From: Salpingoeca rosetta
Lineage: Eukaryota > Protista > Choanoflagellata
Assembly: GCA_033442325.1 (NCBI GenBank)
Contig: JAWQFM010000004.1
Span: 2,111,844-2,175,843, forward strand
Length of the DNA: 64,000 nt
Reading direction: 5' to 3'
Each line of letters begins with the position of its first letter. Within the stretch, counting starts at the first letter, position 1. This document shows positions 13,659-27,457 of this stretch, in pieces. The position numbers and the translations under genes were made by a program. The notes beneath the pieces were generated by a model. The model ran no database searches and was not told where the DNA came from. It was given only the letters and a program-made list of their open reading frames with translations.

Positions 13659-16600
13659 TGTGTGTGTCTGTGTGTCTGTGTGTGATTGCTGCATGACTTG
13701 TGCTTGTGCACGCGTTCACGCGTCACATGCTCGATATTTCGCTCACACGCCCAATCCACTGACCGACCTGCAATCCCCATCCCCACCCCCTCAACACACC
13801 CTCAACTCACCTCATGCCCGTGGTGGTGGATTTGCAGTTGGTGGTCTACGAGCTTCAGAGCTGCTCGACACAACAGACGTTTTCACGCACGCGCACGCGG
13901 CTGCTGCACGCGCTGTCGACGGGCTCTGTGCCTGTTGAGGTTTCCCCGACACCTGAGGAGGAGGCGGCACTGAAGGTTCGACATGACACGACGGCAGTGC
14001 CTTGCGTTGTGGACGAATGTGCGGTGGTGCTTATGCAAGGAGTCACAGCGTTGGTGGCGGCAGTGCGATGGTGGTGGTGAACACGTGCTCTATCCTCCAC
14101 ACACACACACACAACACACACATGCACACACTCACATGCACACGCTCACTCACACACTCACACACCAACGCAGGAAGCGAACAAGAACACGGTGCTTGAT
14201 TCAGACATGAAGCGCGAGCCTGCATCCACGGGGCCGGTGTCGCCAGCGACACCGACGTCAGGGACAACACCACCCACAGCACCATCAGCATCAGCCACAA
14301 CATCAGCTGCTTCGACAACCTCGCGCGCACAGCAGGAGCACGAGCAGGCATTCGCGGCAGCGGAAACGAATGTTGCGGAAAGAAAAGAAGGCGAACACGC
14401 TGAGGAAGAAGACATGCAAGAGCAACAGCCGCCGCCGCAGCAGCAACAAGACGAAGATGAAGAAGGAGAAGTGACAGTAGCGGCTGAAGAAGAACAAGAG
14501 GCAGAAGACCAAGAGGCAGAAGACCGAGGGGCAGAAGACCGAGGGGCCGATGAACCGGCAGCAGCACCGTCGCCACCACCACATGTCGATGATGCAGACA
14601 TCATTCTTATCGATGATGACGATGATGAAGATGAAGGCGACGGTGATGATGATGATGAGGATGAGGATGGTGGCGGTGTGGAGGATGAAGCTGCATTTGA
14701 TGCTGGCGATGGCACCGGCGCTGCAGGTCAAGATGAGACAGGCAGAGCGGACAAAAGCGATCGCGAAGAGGTCAGCATGGATACTGGCCTGGACGACACG
14801 GGCAGCGTTGACATTGACATGGATGACGCTGGTGACGTTGATGACTACGAGATGGCGCGTTCGCCCGAGCTACCACTCCTCTCCTCCACATCTTCGTCGT
14901 TGTCGACAGTGGCGCAGCAGAGCCAGGACAAGCGCACACCCTCACCGCTTGCAACCGCAACGGCTGCCAGAACTGTCACATCAGCCGCAGTGCGCAGGCC
15001 AACGCCCGCATCAGCAACCACAGCAGTCGCATCAGCAGACGACAAGAAGCACGGCAGCCCGCTGGCGGGGTCGGAGAAGGCCATCCAGTTGTCCGGAATA
15101 GACGCGCACAAAGGCAAAGGCCACACACACACTCTTCCATGGGCTGTTACCACAAAACCGACCACAACAGGCACCACCAGCACTAGCAGCAGCAGTAGCG
15201 GTAGCAAAACTGCAGATGAACAGGAAGAGCGGCAGACACCTGTGTCTTCTTCCTCGCTCGTCAGACCAAAGGCAAAGTCGCCATTATCGCTGTCACTGTC
15301 ATCGTCGCCATCAACAGCGCCGGCGCACGCGCGGCCAAAGCCAACGCAGCCGTCGCCAACATCATCCCCGCCATCCTCCTCCTCCCCAACAACAACATCA
15401 TCATCAACAGCAGCAGCATCAACTGGAGCAACAACATCAACAACAGCAGCATCAATAGGAGCAACAACAGCGACAACAGCATCAACTTCGGCTGCAGCGG
15501 CGCCACGGGCGCGTGCATGGCTTCTCTCGTCTGCACCTGCTCGCCCACGCCACCATCACCACCAAGTGTCATCACTGTCATCATCATCAGCAGCATCGTC
15601 TGCATCAGTAGCATCGGCAAAGCCGGCACAGTCGCCCACGCTGTCCGCAGAGGCAAGGGCACAGGAGCAGGCTGCGCTCGCACGCGCACTTGAACCCTTT
15701 CCCGTCGCCTCTGGGCGCCTTGCTGCAGATGCACCCAGCAAGCTGTGTCCCATGAATCAAGTGGGCCTCATGGCACAGGTGCACCTCAACAAATTCTTCA
15801 TGGAGGTGAGCAACACGTGCTTGGGGGGCTACGTGTGTGTGTGTGCGCTTTGTGCGTGTGTGTGCATGTGTGTGCGTGTACCTGCGCCCACTTTGTGTCT
15901 GTGTGTCTGTGTGTGTCTGTGTACGTGTGCATGTGTGCGTGTGTACGTGTGTGTGTGTGTGTGTGTGTGTGTGTACCTGCGCCCACTTTGTGTGTGTATG
16001 TGAGCTCAAGTGTATTTTTCTGTGTTGTCGCCTTCCACTGCCACAATCGTCGTCATCACCAATCTTCTCGCACCAACTCCAACCCAAATCGACAACACCA
16101 CACATTCACTCACACCCTCAGCTGTACAAGTGGAAGGGCCGCCTGTCGCTTGGCCGCCCGCCGTCGCTGCCAACGGCATATCGCACCGTGCTGCAGTACC
16201 AGCAGCTGATGCTCAAGATGGTGATGGCCGACTTCAACCAGCAGCTCATGGAGACGTTCTCATCCAAACCGTCGTCCTCGTCTGGTTCGCTCATCTCCAA
16301 TGCGCTCATCACGAGCATATCTGCGCCGTCGGAAGCAGGCTTCATTGCACTTGAGGTCAAGCCCAACCTGACCAACTACTCGTTTCAGGACCGCGACGTC
16401 GTGTGCATCCAGCCTGCAGGCAAGCACACGCCCAAGACGCCGTTCGTCTTCTCCACATATGTGCGCAAGGAAGGCCGCGTGTACCTTGAGACGTCGAGCG
16501 AGGGCGGGGCGTGGCTCAAGCCGAACCAGCGCGTGTCGCTGCGCATGCTCATGGGCTGCACAACAGCGATGCGCCAGTACGAGGCGGTGTCTCTGCTGAA

Positions 16601-16803
16601 CAGCAAAGGCAGGGTTACACCTTACATCCTTGGCGTGCGCCCAAGCACTGACGCCGGTGATCGCATGTCGGGGATGCCGTTTCCCGCGCGTGTGTCGCAG
16701 AAGCAGAAGGACAAGGTGGCCTCTGTTCTCAAGACGTACAAACAGCTCAACAAATCCCAGCGCGATTGCATCCAGTACGCTGCCGTGGCATTGTTTTGCT
16801 TGC

Positions 16804-16879
<76 letters not shown>

Positions 16880-19800
16880 GTACCTGCGTGTGTGTGTGCG
16901 TGTGGTTGTGTGTGTGTGTGTGCGCGCGCGTATGAACATCTACGTCTGCTTTGTCAACTACCACCATGTCACCACCATTCTGCTCTTTGCGCGCATCTCC
17001 GTCTGTGACGTTCCTCCCCGCCACCGCCATGCTCACCTTGACCATGCCTTCCACAACCATATCCCCCTCCCCCCTCTTACTCCTCACTCATTCTCCTCCC
17101 CTTCCCCCCCCCCCACTGCCTTCCCCCCCCCCCCAACGCTCCGTGTCTTGCAGAACGGTGCTCACGAACCGGTGTCCCCTGTCGCTGATCCACGGCCCAC
17201 CAGGCACGGGCAAGACGACAACACTCGTCACGCTCCTCGCTACCTTCTTCCGTGCTCGCGGCGGCCCCGTTGATGCTGTGCCCATCCACGCTCCATCCAC
17301 ATCGTCATCATCGTCATCGTCATCAGCATCTTCCCTGTCATCGTCGTCGCTGTTTGGTTCGCGTGGCAGCCGGGCCAGCAGCGGTGGTGTTCGCGGTGTG
17401 ACGGCTGTGCGGAAAGGCGGGGGCGGCAGCACAGCGGGTACACCGTCCAAGCCGCTGGTGCTGCTGTGTGCGCCCTCCAACGCCGCCATTGACGAGCTCA
17501 CGCGCCGGCTGATGGGCAGCAGCGATCTCAAGTCCCACCGCGTGAGCGTGTTGCGTCTGGGCCAGACTGAGCGCATCAGCACAGACGTGCGCAGCGTGAG
17601 CTTGGACGAGAGGGTGGCGCAGGCGCTGCGGCAGAACGAGCGCGAGATGAAGCAGGTACAGGCCAACATTGACAAGGGGGAGGCAGCCAAGGCGGAGGTA
17701 CAGCGGAAGCTGCAGAGCAAGCAGAGCGAGGCAGCCCAGTACGACGCGTACGCGTCGCAGTTTGCGGACATTGCAGCGCACACGAAGAACATGGAGGGCG
17801 AGGCAACACGCCTGCGCGTTCAGCGCGACTCGATTGACCAGCAGCTGCGCAAGTTCCGTGATGCGCTGCGCCGCTGCCGCAACGACACAGATCGCACGCG
17901 CCGCGAACTCAGCGCACGCCTTGTGGATGAAGCCGACATCATATGTTGCACGCTGAGCTCGAGTGCGATTGACGCGCTGCGGCAGTGCAAGCGCACGGTG
18001 GACCTGCTCATCATTGATGAAGCGGCGCAGTGTGCCGAGCCGGACGTGCTGATTCCCCTGCAGTATGGCTGTGCGCGCCTTGTGCTTGTGGGCGACCCCA
18101 TGCAGCTGTCGGCGACGGTGTTTTCACAGTACGCGCGCGACGCCGGGTACGAGCGCTCGCTGTTTGAACGCATTCACCCAAGCATGCGCGCGTGGGGCAG
18201 TGCGCCCATGCTCAGGGAGCAGTACCGCATGCATCCGGAGATTTGCGAGTTCCCCAACATCATGTTCTACGAGCAGAAGCTGCTCACCGCCGGCGCTGTG
18301 CTTGCACGCAAGCCCGCGCCGTGGCACGACGCGCTTGGAGCGTATCGCTTCTTCGACGTCTCCTGGGGCGAACAGAAGCGCGGCGGTGGCAACTCGTTCT
18401 GCAACGTGGAGGAGGCCATCACGGTTGCACGCATCATCTTCCTCATTGCGCAGGCTGCACCCGCTGAACCGCTTCGAGGCAAGATTGCCGTCGTCACGCC
18501 ATACACACACCAGCGGCAGTGCATCAAGGGCGAGCTTGCACGGTGGTTCGGCCCTGCTGTGGCAGACACGATATCTGTGGACACGGTCGACGCGTACCAA
18601 GGGCAGGAGAGCGACGTGGTTGTGTTCTCGTGTGTGCGTACGCGGCAGCTTGGCTTTCTCACGCAGGAGAAGCGCATGAACGTGGCGCTGACACGCGCAC
18701 GCCTGAGCTGCTACATTGTCGGCAACGCATACAACCTGCGGCAGTTCAATCGGGAGACGCTCATGTGGTCGCGGCTGGTGGCCAACGCGCAGCAGCGCAG
18801 CGTGATGGGCCAGTGTGCGCAACCCTACGACGTGCACACAGAGGCTGACGTGTCGAACCTGCTGTGGAAGACTGGCAAGCCAAAGCCGAGCATGGCAGAC
18901 TTGAACAGGGCTGCAGTGCAGCCGCGCCAAGTTCCCCACCGCCTACAGCGCGAGCTTGAGCGAGCACACCATGGCCACGATCGCAAGGACAAGGGCGGGC
19001 GACGGAAGCGGACGCGCCGTTCACGCGGCAGTCGCGGTAAGAAGTCTCGTTCGCAATCGGCCTCACCAGCACCACCACCGACTGCCCCATCGTCGTCAGC
19101 ATTGCCCAGCACAGTTCCATCGCCAACATCAACGTCCACATTAGCAGCATCAACAACATCGACAGCATCAACAGCATCAACAGCATCAACAGCAGGAGCA
19201 GCAGGAGTGCCGTCCAAGCCCGTGTCAACACCACCAGCATCTGCGGTGAGCGCGAGACCTGCGCCTGCGGCCACTTCCACGCGCACCCAGCGCTCAACCA
19301 CGCCCACTCCCTCCAGGCGCTCATCACGTGATGCCAGCAGCAGCGACGTTGGGGGCGGCGGCGGTGGCGGCGGTAGCGTGATCACGCCTTCACCATTGGC
19401 CACAGCAGCAACAGCTCGCACAGCCGCACACGGCACGACACGCAGCAGTGGGCAGCAGGCAGGCATGCACAGACCCCGCCAACCAGCGGAGTCGCGTGTG
19501 CGAACACAGACGCATTCACGATCGTCGTCCTCATCCCCGCCTGCATCAGCGTCAACATCAACAAGAGAATCGTCAACATCGAGGTCAGTGGCAGCAGCAG
19601 CATCGACATCGACTGCGGCGGCGGCGGCGGTGACGGGAACGCGACGTGCCTCGCGCTCGCGACTGTCAAGTGAAGGGCGAACGCGGGACAGGCGAGAGGA
19701 GCGAGGTGGCGGTGATGTGTTTCATGACTACAGACGAGACCGCGATCGCAGCACGGAGCGCAGCCGAGACAGAGACAGGGACAGGGAAAGGAGGGCAAGG

Positions 19801-20958
19801 GACAGAGACAGAGACAGAGACAGGTTGGGAGTGGAGAGAGGGCGTGAACGACGCCATTCGCGCGATCGCAGTGATGTTAGAGCAGGAGATCGGGGCGAGA
19901 GGAGCCGAAGTGACAGAGAGCGAAGTGCAGTCCCATCGCGCCGTCGCTCAGCCTCCGTCGACCGTGATCGTACCAGCACCACCACCAGCACCACCAGCGG
20001 CAGGGATGTGCGATCAAGTGGCGATGGCGGTGGTGATCGTCGAGGTGGGGTGCGGCTGTATGACCGGTCCGTTGCCAGGAGTGGCGGTGCTCCACCTCCC
20101 CCACCATGGTCATCGTCGTCGTCGTCATCATCATCATCATCATTGCGGTTATCACCAGCACCTTCGACATCGAAAGCATCAACACCGCTTGCGTCGTCAT
20201 CGCACGCCCCTGCACCCCAATCACAGGCACAGCGGCAGCGGCTGCCATATGTACCGCCCGCGTTTGTGCCAACAACCATTAGCGAGCACGATCCCCGGCT
20301 GCGCATATTCGCCAGGCAGCAGCAGCAGCAGCAGCAGCGCCGTGCGACTCCAACATCCAGCAGTGCCAGTGGTGGTGTTGGTGGTGGTGTTGCTGTAGGG
20401 GGGAGTGTTGGTGGTGGTGTTTCTTCGCGGCCTATCATAGGCCATCGGCCGCCACCCACGTCCAGCGCACCGGCTCACCGCCCACCGACAACGCGCCCCG
20501 CGTACGCTCCACCACATCTTCATCACCACCACCACCACGGTCCGTCACGACAGCAGCAGCCACCACCACCACCACCACGACCAGCTGCCCCTGTGCGTCC
20601 GTATGGCCAACACGCTCCGCCAGCACACGCGCGACCGCAACTCCCCGGCCAGCGTGCGCCACACCCACACCCACACACACACCACACGCATCACACACAT
20701 AACCCGCAGCCACAACAGCAGCGACAACAACACCAGCAACCGTCGTCGTCGTTGTCGTCGTCATCGCAACAGCGGCCAGCTGCATACAACCCGGCACGGT
20801 CTGCGTTTCAAGTGCAGGATTGGCAGGCGAGTGTTCCCCAGCTGCCGTCACCGCCGTCAACATCGTCAGGATCGTCATCATCATCTTCAGCGACGGCACG
20901 GCCCGTACATGACCCAACAACAGCTGCCCGCCGCTCAGCCACCCCAATCTTCGTCAAG

Positions 20959-21048
<90 letters not shown>

Positions 21049-21260
21049 GTGTGTGTGCGTGTGTGTGTGTGTGAACGGGAGGTGGGAACACGAATATGCT
21101 CGTTCTTGTGCTCGTGTAGCCCTTCACCTTCTCACTTCGTGTGCGTGTGTTTGCATCTCTTTCCTCCCATCTGCAGTCGCATCCGGGCAAATCGACGGGG
21201 AACGTTGCCCTCGACATTATCAAGAGCATGGAGGCGCCGCCGACGGAGCACACGGACTGA
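9080..21260 (+). CDS. SEN1: Sen1/senataxin-like SF1 RNA/DNA helicase, multi-exon
   Basis: N-terminal HVWC and LQLCDQCIVAYHKAR resemble the Sen1 N-domain. Helicase motifs: LIHGPPGTGKT, LLCAPSNAAIDEL, IIDEAAQ, LVGDPMQL, QYRMHPEI, VDAYQGQESD, RMNVALTRAR. Last exon SHPGKST...EHTD* ends at 21260. Confidence 0.87.
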
Positions 21261-21267
21261 TGCGCTC

Positions 21268-21305
<38 letters not shown>

Positions 21306-21665
21306 GTGTGTGTGTGTGTGTGTGTTGTGTGTGTGTGTGTGTGAACAAATGGTACACAGGATGGGCGTGGGTGTTGTTCACTGCGCACACATTCAGTCAT
21401 TACATGTTTGGTCATTACATGTTTGGTTGTTATTTGGAATGCTGATGTGGACAAAAGAGAAGAAGGCGTGTAATCAATTAGAAGTATGTTCAACAACGAG
21501 CACGTGCACGTACGGATGCATGAGTGACAGAAAGGAAAGAACAAACAATGGTTAAACATGGAAGGGAGAGACAAGGCTGGGCTAAAGCGCGTTGGGAAGC
21601 GCGCGCACGAGAGGGGAGGAGAAGTAGAAGAGAAGACGAAAACAACACTGTCGCGTGCGCTTGTG

Positions 21666-21708
21666 TCATTGAATTCCACACGCTTGATGACCAACATCTG
21701 CATTGAGC

Positions 21709-21739
<31 letters not shown>

Positions 21740-22143
21740 CGTGCGTGTGTGCGTGCGTGTGTGTGTGCGTGCGTGTGTGTGTGTGTTGAGTTGCAATCTG
21801 CGCGCACCATGCAACATCAACACCACATGCCTCCTTCCAACCACAGACACACAAGTCACGGTGATCATCTCACCTCTCGCGTACGCGTCGCTGATGCCGG
21901 TCTCGAGCTTGTTGATGAACCGCTGCATCTCTCTGCAGAATAGCGGAAGAAAACGAAGAAAGAACAGGTGAATACGGACATGCACATGCGTGCGCATGGG
22001 TGTGAGGCATTGCATTGCTTGTCTACTGCGATTGTAGCGAGGAGTTGAGCGCCTGCGCCGAAGAACAATTACACGATCCTGAGAAACAGCGCTGTCGATT
22101 GACATCATCATCATCCTCGACATCACCAACACCACCACCATAA

Positions 22144-22225
<82 letters not shown>

Positions 22226-22398
22226 CCGTCAGAACCACAAGTGTCACAATACCTGATGCAGTCGAGGCGGGAGGAAACGTCCGTTGTGCGCACGAACAGC
22301 GGCGCATCTGTTGCAGACAGAAGGGATCAATCACAGCACAGCATGAACCATGTTAGATACATATTCGCGTCCTGCGTGTATGTATATGTGTTTGTGTG

Positions 22399-22443
<45 letters not shown>

Positions 22444-23462
22444 GTGCGTGTGTGTGCACGTGTTTGTTGTGTGTGTGTGTGTGTGTATTCTTGCAATACA
22501 CATTGTAGCACCTATTAAAAACGCTCACATGCGCCATTTCGCATGCATCACCAAGTCCACAACCAATTGGGCAAGGATGGCATGGTGCGACCACAAACCT
22601 CGCTGGGCGGAGAGACCGAGGAGGCGACGCACATCATCGTCGCTGTTGTTGATGCGCGCGAGCGCAAGATCAAACACACGCGCAAACTGCTGCAGCGTCT
22701 TGCCAAGCTGTGTTGGTTTTGGTGGTGGTAGTGGTGGTAGTCATGTGGCGTGAGAAGAAGTCGCGTAAGGCTGGTTGAGTAGCTGGAGCAGACCCATGCA
22801 AGACATTACGAACTGGCACAACTCGTCAACCAATCCATCATCAATAACAAGTACACCTCATCTTGGAGCGCGTCTGCCTCCGCCGACGTGACGCGACCGG
22901 CGGCTTTTTCCTGCACGTTGCTCCCTTCAAACCTGGAGAACAAAACCGCACATGGGATACACATGCGTAAGCGACAGAAATGAAACAAACAATCGGCAAG
23001 GACTACGCGTGTGCATGTGGGCTCAAACAGACCATCCATGCACAACAAGTCTCGTTGACTTCGCTTGCACACGTAAAACCAAACGCACACACACACACAC
23101 ACACACACAAGCAAGCATCTGCACACACACCACACACACACACCTGGCTGGGGTGAAATCGGGCAGGGATGCTGTATCTCTTCCGCTTCGCAGCAGTTGA
23201 TTGTGAGACACAAGTGTCTGGTTTTGCTCCGACAACTAAGCAAGCGGAGAAGGAGGTGGTGGCGGTGGCGGTGGTGTGGTAAAGTGGTGGCGAAGAGAGT
23301 GCAGGTGTGATGAGGTCATGTGTCCGTAGTTTCAAAGCGAGTGCAAATACGCACATGCACAGAGACACATGCGCACGTGCACGGCAAAGAATAAGCCGGC
23401 AATGTATGTGTGTGCGTGTGTGTTCATGTGTCTATGTGTGCGTTCATTGTGTATTCATGTGC

Positions 23463-23494
<32 letters not shown>

Positions 23495-26400
23495 CGTGCG
23501 GGTACCGCATCGATTGCTTCTCGGAGATCGCGAATCGTGGTCGCCTGCGCAGAGAGTTTCCGAAGCAGAGACTCCCGCACATCCTAAACGCGAGGATGTG
23601 TGTGTGTGTGTGTGTGCGTATGTGTGTGTGTGTGTGTGCATGTGTGTGTGTGTGTGCGTGTGTGTGATGAGTCGACTCACGGGGAAAAGCGAGACAAAAT
23701 CAACGCACTCTGCATGCACGGTCACATATGCAGGTGTGGTGTGTTATTGCAGCCACGTACGTCGGCATCTGTGAGCGCGGCACGCAGTTGTCGCTCCGAT
23801 CGCACAAACTCCGCCTCCTTCGCTTGAAGTTCCTGGATGTGCCTGTCGACCAACAACGCAGCAGATGTGAGTGTTTGCGTGTGTTGCGTATGTGTGGCGT
23901 GCGTGCGTGTTCGTGATGCATGTGTGTTTGTGTGTTGTGGTATGTACACGAGCGTGTACAGCGCAAGCGCATTTGCGACCAAGGCATGCACGCATGCAAC
24001 AAGAAAGAAGACAGCCAGCAGCACGTGCAACCCGCACCTGTCTCTGAGCGCCGTCTGGTTTCGCTCCTCCGCCAACACCCGCTCCTCAAGCTCAACCCTG
24101 GACCCAACGCACGATCCAGCATGATGATACAAGCATCGACAACAGGAATAACAAGTGAGCTGAATGAATGGGATTTGGATTGCGCGTGTGTGTGTGCGTG
24201 TGTGCGTGTGTGTGTTGAGTGGCAACATTCGCATGCGTTGCATAAACTAAGCAGGACGCGTTCATTCGCACACACACACACGCACACACACACACACACT
24301 CACTTCTGCTGAAGGGACTTGGTTTCTGCGACTCGAGAAGACAGTTCTTTGCTCACCTGCCATAATATCATGCAACCACACATGTTTTTGGGGGCAGACA
24401 CGTGAATAGCACGCACGGCAAGAAATCACACGATGACGATGCTGACGATGATGACGATGATCGCATGTTGGGCGCCGCTGCGTGTTGAATGTCAGTCACT
24501 TGTGGGCGGAAGGTGGACAGTGCACATCAAACAAACGGCAGGTATTGGGCAATATCTGTGCTCCAAAACTCACGCGTTCGTACAGCTGTCGCGCCTCGTC
24601 ACGCTCCTTGGTGACTTCACGCAGCACCGCACGTGTTTCTTCAACCGCAGAGTTCTGGAGAGAATTCAATGCACAACGAACACTGTCAGTGGCTAGAGCA
24701 ATACACTGCATTGGAGCACAACGCCACCGCAGGCGTGTTGCACGCAAGATGTTTACATTCAAACAGAACGTTGCATCTTCCATCCATCCATCCATCCACC
24801 CAAGTGTCCTAAAACGGTTCCGCCTTCCATTCATATGTCCACCCATTCATCTCACACACCACCACACACATGCACCACCACCCACGATCCCAGCACACGT
24901 ATCATCACAACACCTTGAGTTCGCCCGTCTCCAGCACTTCGCGTCGCAGATCCTCAACCTCCCGCTTCAGCTCGTGAATCGTCGTCTCCTGATGGTGGTG
25001 GTGGTGGTGGTGGTGGTGGTGAAGGAGGACGTGAGAAGGCTGACTGGGGTATGTGAGCTTCCTCAAACGCACGCACACTCACACATACACGTATGCCTAC
25101 ATGCGCAATCACACACCATACACCAGCAAACGGCACGGCGCATGACGATGAGTCGCACCTGCTGGTTGATTTGCTGTCGCAGGACGTGCGCTTGAGTCTG
25201 TGATTCCCGCACTTCCGTCTTCAGCTGCTCCTCAACCCGGTGCATCTTCTCCACTTCGTTGCACTTGGCCTACCATCACGTTGGTGTTGTGTGCACACAG
25301 TACAGCATACTGTCGTTGTGAGCATTGTACAGAAATGGTGATGAAGCAGAGTTGCACGCGCAAGCAGGTATCTTCGCACACATTTGCGTCAAACAAACAC
25401 ACTCTGGTGATTATGCGCTTCCGCGGCATGCACGCGTGTGCATGTATACATCCGCATACACCCTTTCACGTACACGTGAACACACATGGTACACACACGC
25501 AAACACACACGTTACACACACACACAAACATTTCACACACACACACGCACACGTGAACACACATGGTACACACACGCAAACACACACGTTACACACACAC
25601 ACAAACATTTCACACACACACACGCACATTTCACACATACACGCACACATTTCACACACACGCACACATTTCACACACACGCACACATTTCACACACACA
25701 CACGCACACACACACCTGGGCGCAGATGAAAGTACAGATGCGAATGTAGTCAGCACATGTGTGTACTTACGTGTGTGTGTGTGTGTGTGTGTGTGCGTGC
25801 GTCCGTGTCGTGTCAGCGACAAGCTGGTGTGCGTGTGTGTGTGTGTGCGTGCGTCCGTGTCGTGTCAGCGACAAGCTGGTGTGCGAGGTGGTGTGGAGGT
25901 GTTGTTTGTTTGGTGGCTGTGTCCCTCACATTGTGCCCAGCAGCACCCTTGCACCCTTGTGTGACAAAACAACGCGTGCATTCATCCCGTCCTGCATGCA
26001 CAACACGCACGCGTTTCCTACCCTGGCCGCGTCCCCTTCTCGCGTCTCCAGAGACAACCGCTGCAGCTCGCCACGGAGGCGGTGGACTTGCTGTTGCAGT
26101 GTGGAGTTCTCCTTCTGCAGTGACGCCAGCTCATCTTGGTAAATAGCATCGCGTTGTCGATACACGCCCAGTTGCTCCTGTACAACAACACCAACATGCG
26201 ATTTGCATGTGTTAGAGCAAGTGTGGAGTGGATAGTTTGCTCAAGTTCGGGTCAAAAAGCCAAGGTGCTTGTTGCTTGCTTTGCTTTGGCACGTTACTGA
26301 ACACTTGCCACACCCCAGCGCACAACTTCACTGCGACTCGTTCACGCACACGCACACGCACACGCACACGCACACGCACACGCACACGCACACGCACACG

Positions 26401-27131
26401 CACACGCACACGCACACGCACACGCACACGCACAATCAAACAGAACACAGCCACAATCAAACACAAGAAGCCACAAGCAGCCACGAGCAGCTACAAGCAC
26501 CCACACACACGCCCACGCTCTCGCTCGCACGTACCTCGAGGCCGCTGTCACCTTCATGATAGCTGAGGTGGCTGCGGTTGGCTGCGCGCGGGGTGCGAAG
26601 AGCTGGGAGGTCGTCGTCAAGCAGCACATGTGATACGTCCTTCCCAGTGTGCCGTGCAGGGATGGGGGACAACTGGCTCTCGAGCACATCGGCCCGCGTG
26701 CTGTGGCTGTATCGTGACCTCCGTGTGCCGTCAAGGTCGTCATCCCCTCCTTCTTCTCCTGCGCGCTCACGGTCTCCTCCTCCCTGCTTCTTCTCGAGAC
26801 GAAAGCTCACGGACTTGCCACGCCCACCACCATGTGCAGGCTCGCTGCGGTATTGGTCCCCATGCCCGACGCAGCCTTCCACATCGTCGTCATCATCATG
26901 CCCATGCCCATGACCATCATCGTAATCATCATCATCGGCACGTTGTGCAGTGCGGTCGTCGCCCGTGTTCCCTGTGCCGCTGCCGCTGCTACCGTGGCCA
27001 TACTTGCTCAGGTGCCTTGTCAGTGTGTTCAAGTAGTTGGCAAACATGCCGTCATCGTCGTCCCCGCTGCGACCAGCAGCAACCCTTCGTGCATCACCAC
27101 CACCACCACTTCGTGCGTCCTCCATCATCAT
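21666..27131 (-). CDS. Coiled-coil protein, CEP85/CEP85L-like, ending in a CaaX box
   Basis: Many short coiled-coil exons (e.g. [41 protein letters not shown]). The spliced C-terminus [15 protein letters not shown]|[10 protein letters not shown] resembles the CEP85-family tail SDRYAQDMGxNCxxQ as recalled. The start Met is ambiguous (27125-27137). Confidence 0.65.
22146..22224 (+). repeat. (CAT)n microsatellite, intronic
   Basis: Seen directly. Confidence 0.95.
25472..25884. repeat. Intronic local duplications (about 77-bp unit x2 and about 52-bp unit x2) within CA/GT repeats
   Basis: acacgtgaacacacatggtac... at 25472 and 25549; gtccgtgtcgtgtcagcgacaagctggtgtgcg at about 25801 and 25853. Confidence 0.85.
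26343..26433 (+). repeat. (CACGCA)n hexamer repeat, intronic
   Basis: Seen directly. Confidence 0.9.
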
Positions 27132-27301
27132 CACCATCCAGCAGCGACACTCACTCAAATTCACCGCGGCCGTTACTGCGGAAATCTAACTGAAATCGTT
27201 CGCAGTTTTTCATCAATCGCCGTCGCTGGGGACGCCAACAAACCAAACGCGGCAGCAGAGAGCGAGAAGGAAGCAGCCTCAGAGCACATCACAGCACCAA
27301 C

Positions 27302-27366
27302 GCAAACACCTCACGCAAACACCTCGCGCAAACACCTCGCGCAAACACCTCGCGCAAACACCTCGC
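27302..27366 (+). repeat. 13-bp tandem repeat GCAAACACCTCRC x5 in a divergent intergenic region
   Basis: Units start at 27302, 27315, 27328, 27341 and 27354. Confidence 0.9.
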
Positions 27367-27457
27367 GCAACTCGACTCAGCTTCCGTGTTGTTGCGTGTT
27401 CACTCTTGCTGGCCTTGCCTGAGCCGGAGGACCAGCAAAGCAAACACAGCATCCAAC

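Noticed and set aside
16951-21555. 1534-aa single-exon ORF as a stand-alone gene
   Set aside because: It is one large exon (about 17154-20958) of the Sen1-like gene; both ORF ends read into introns.
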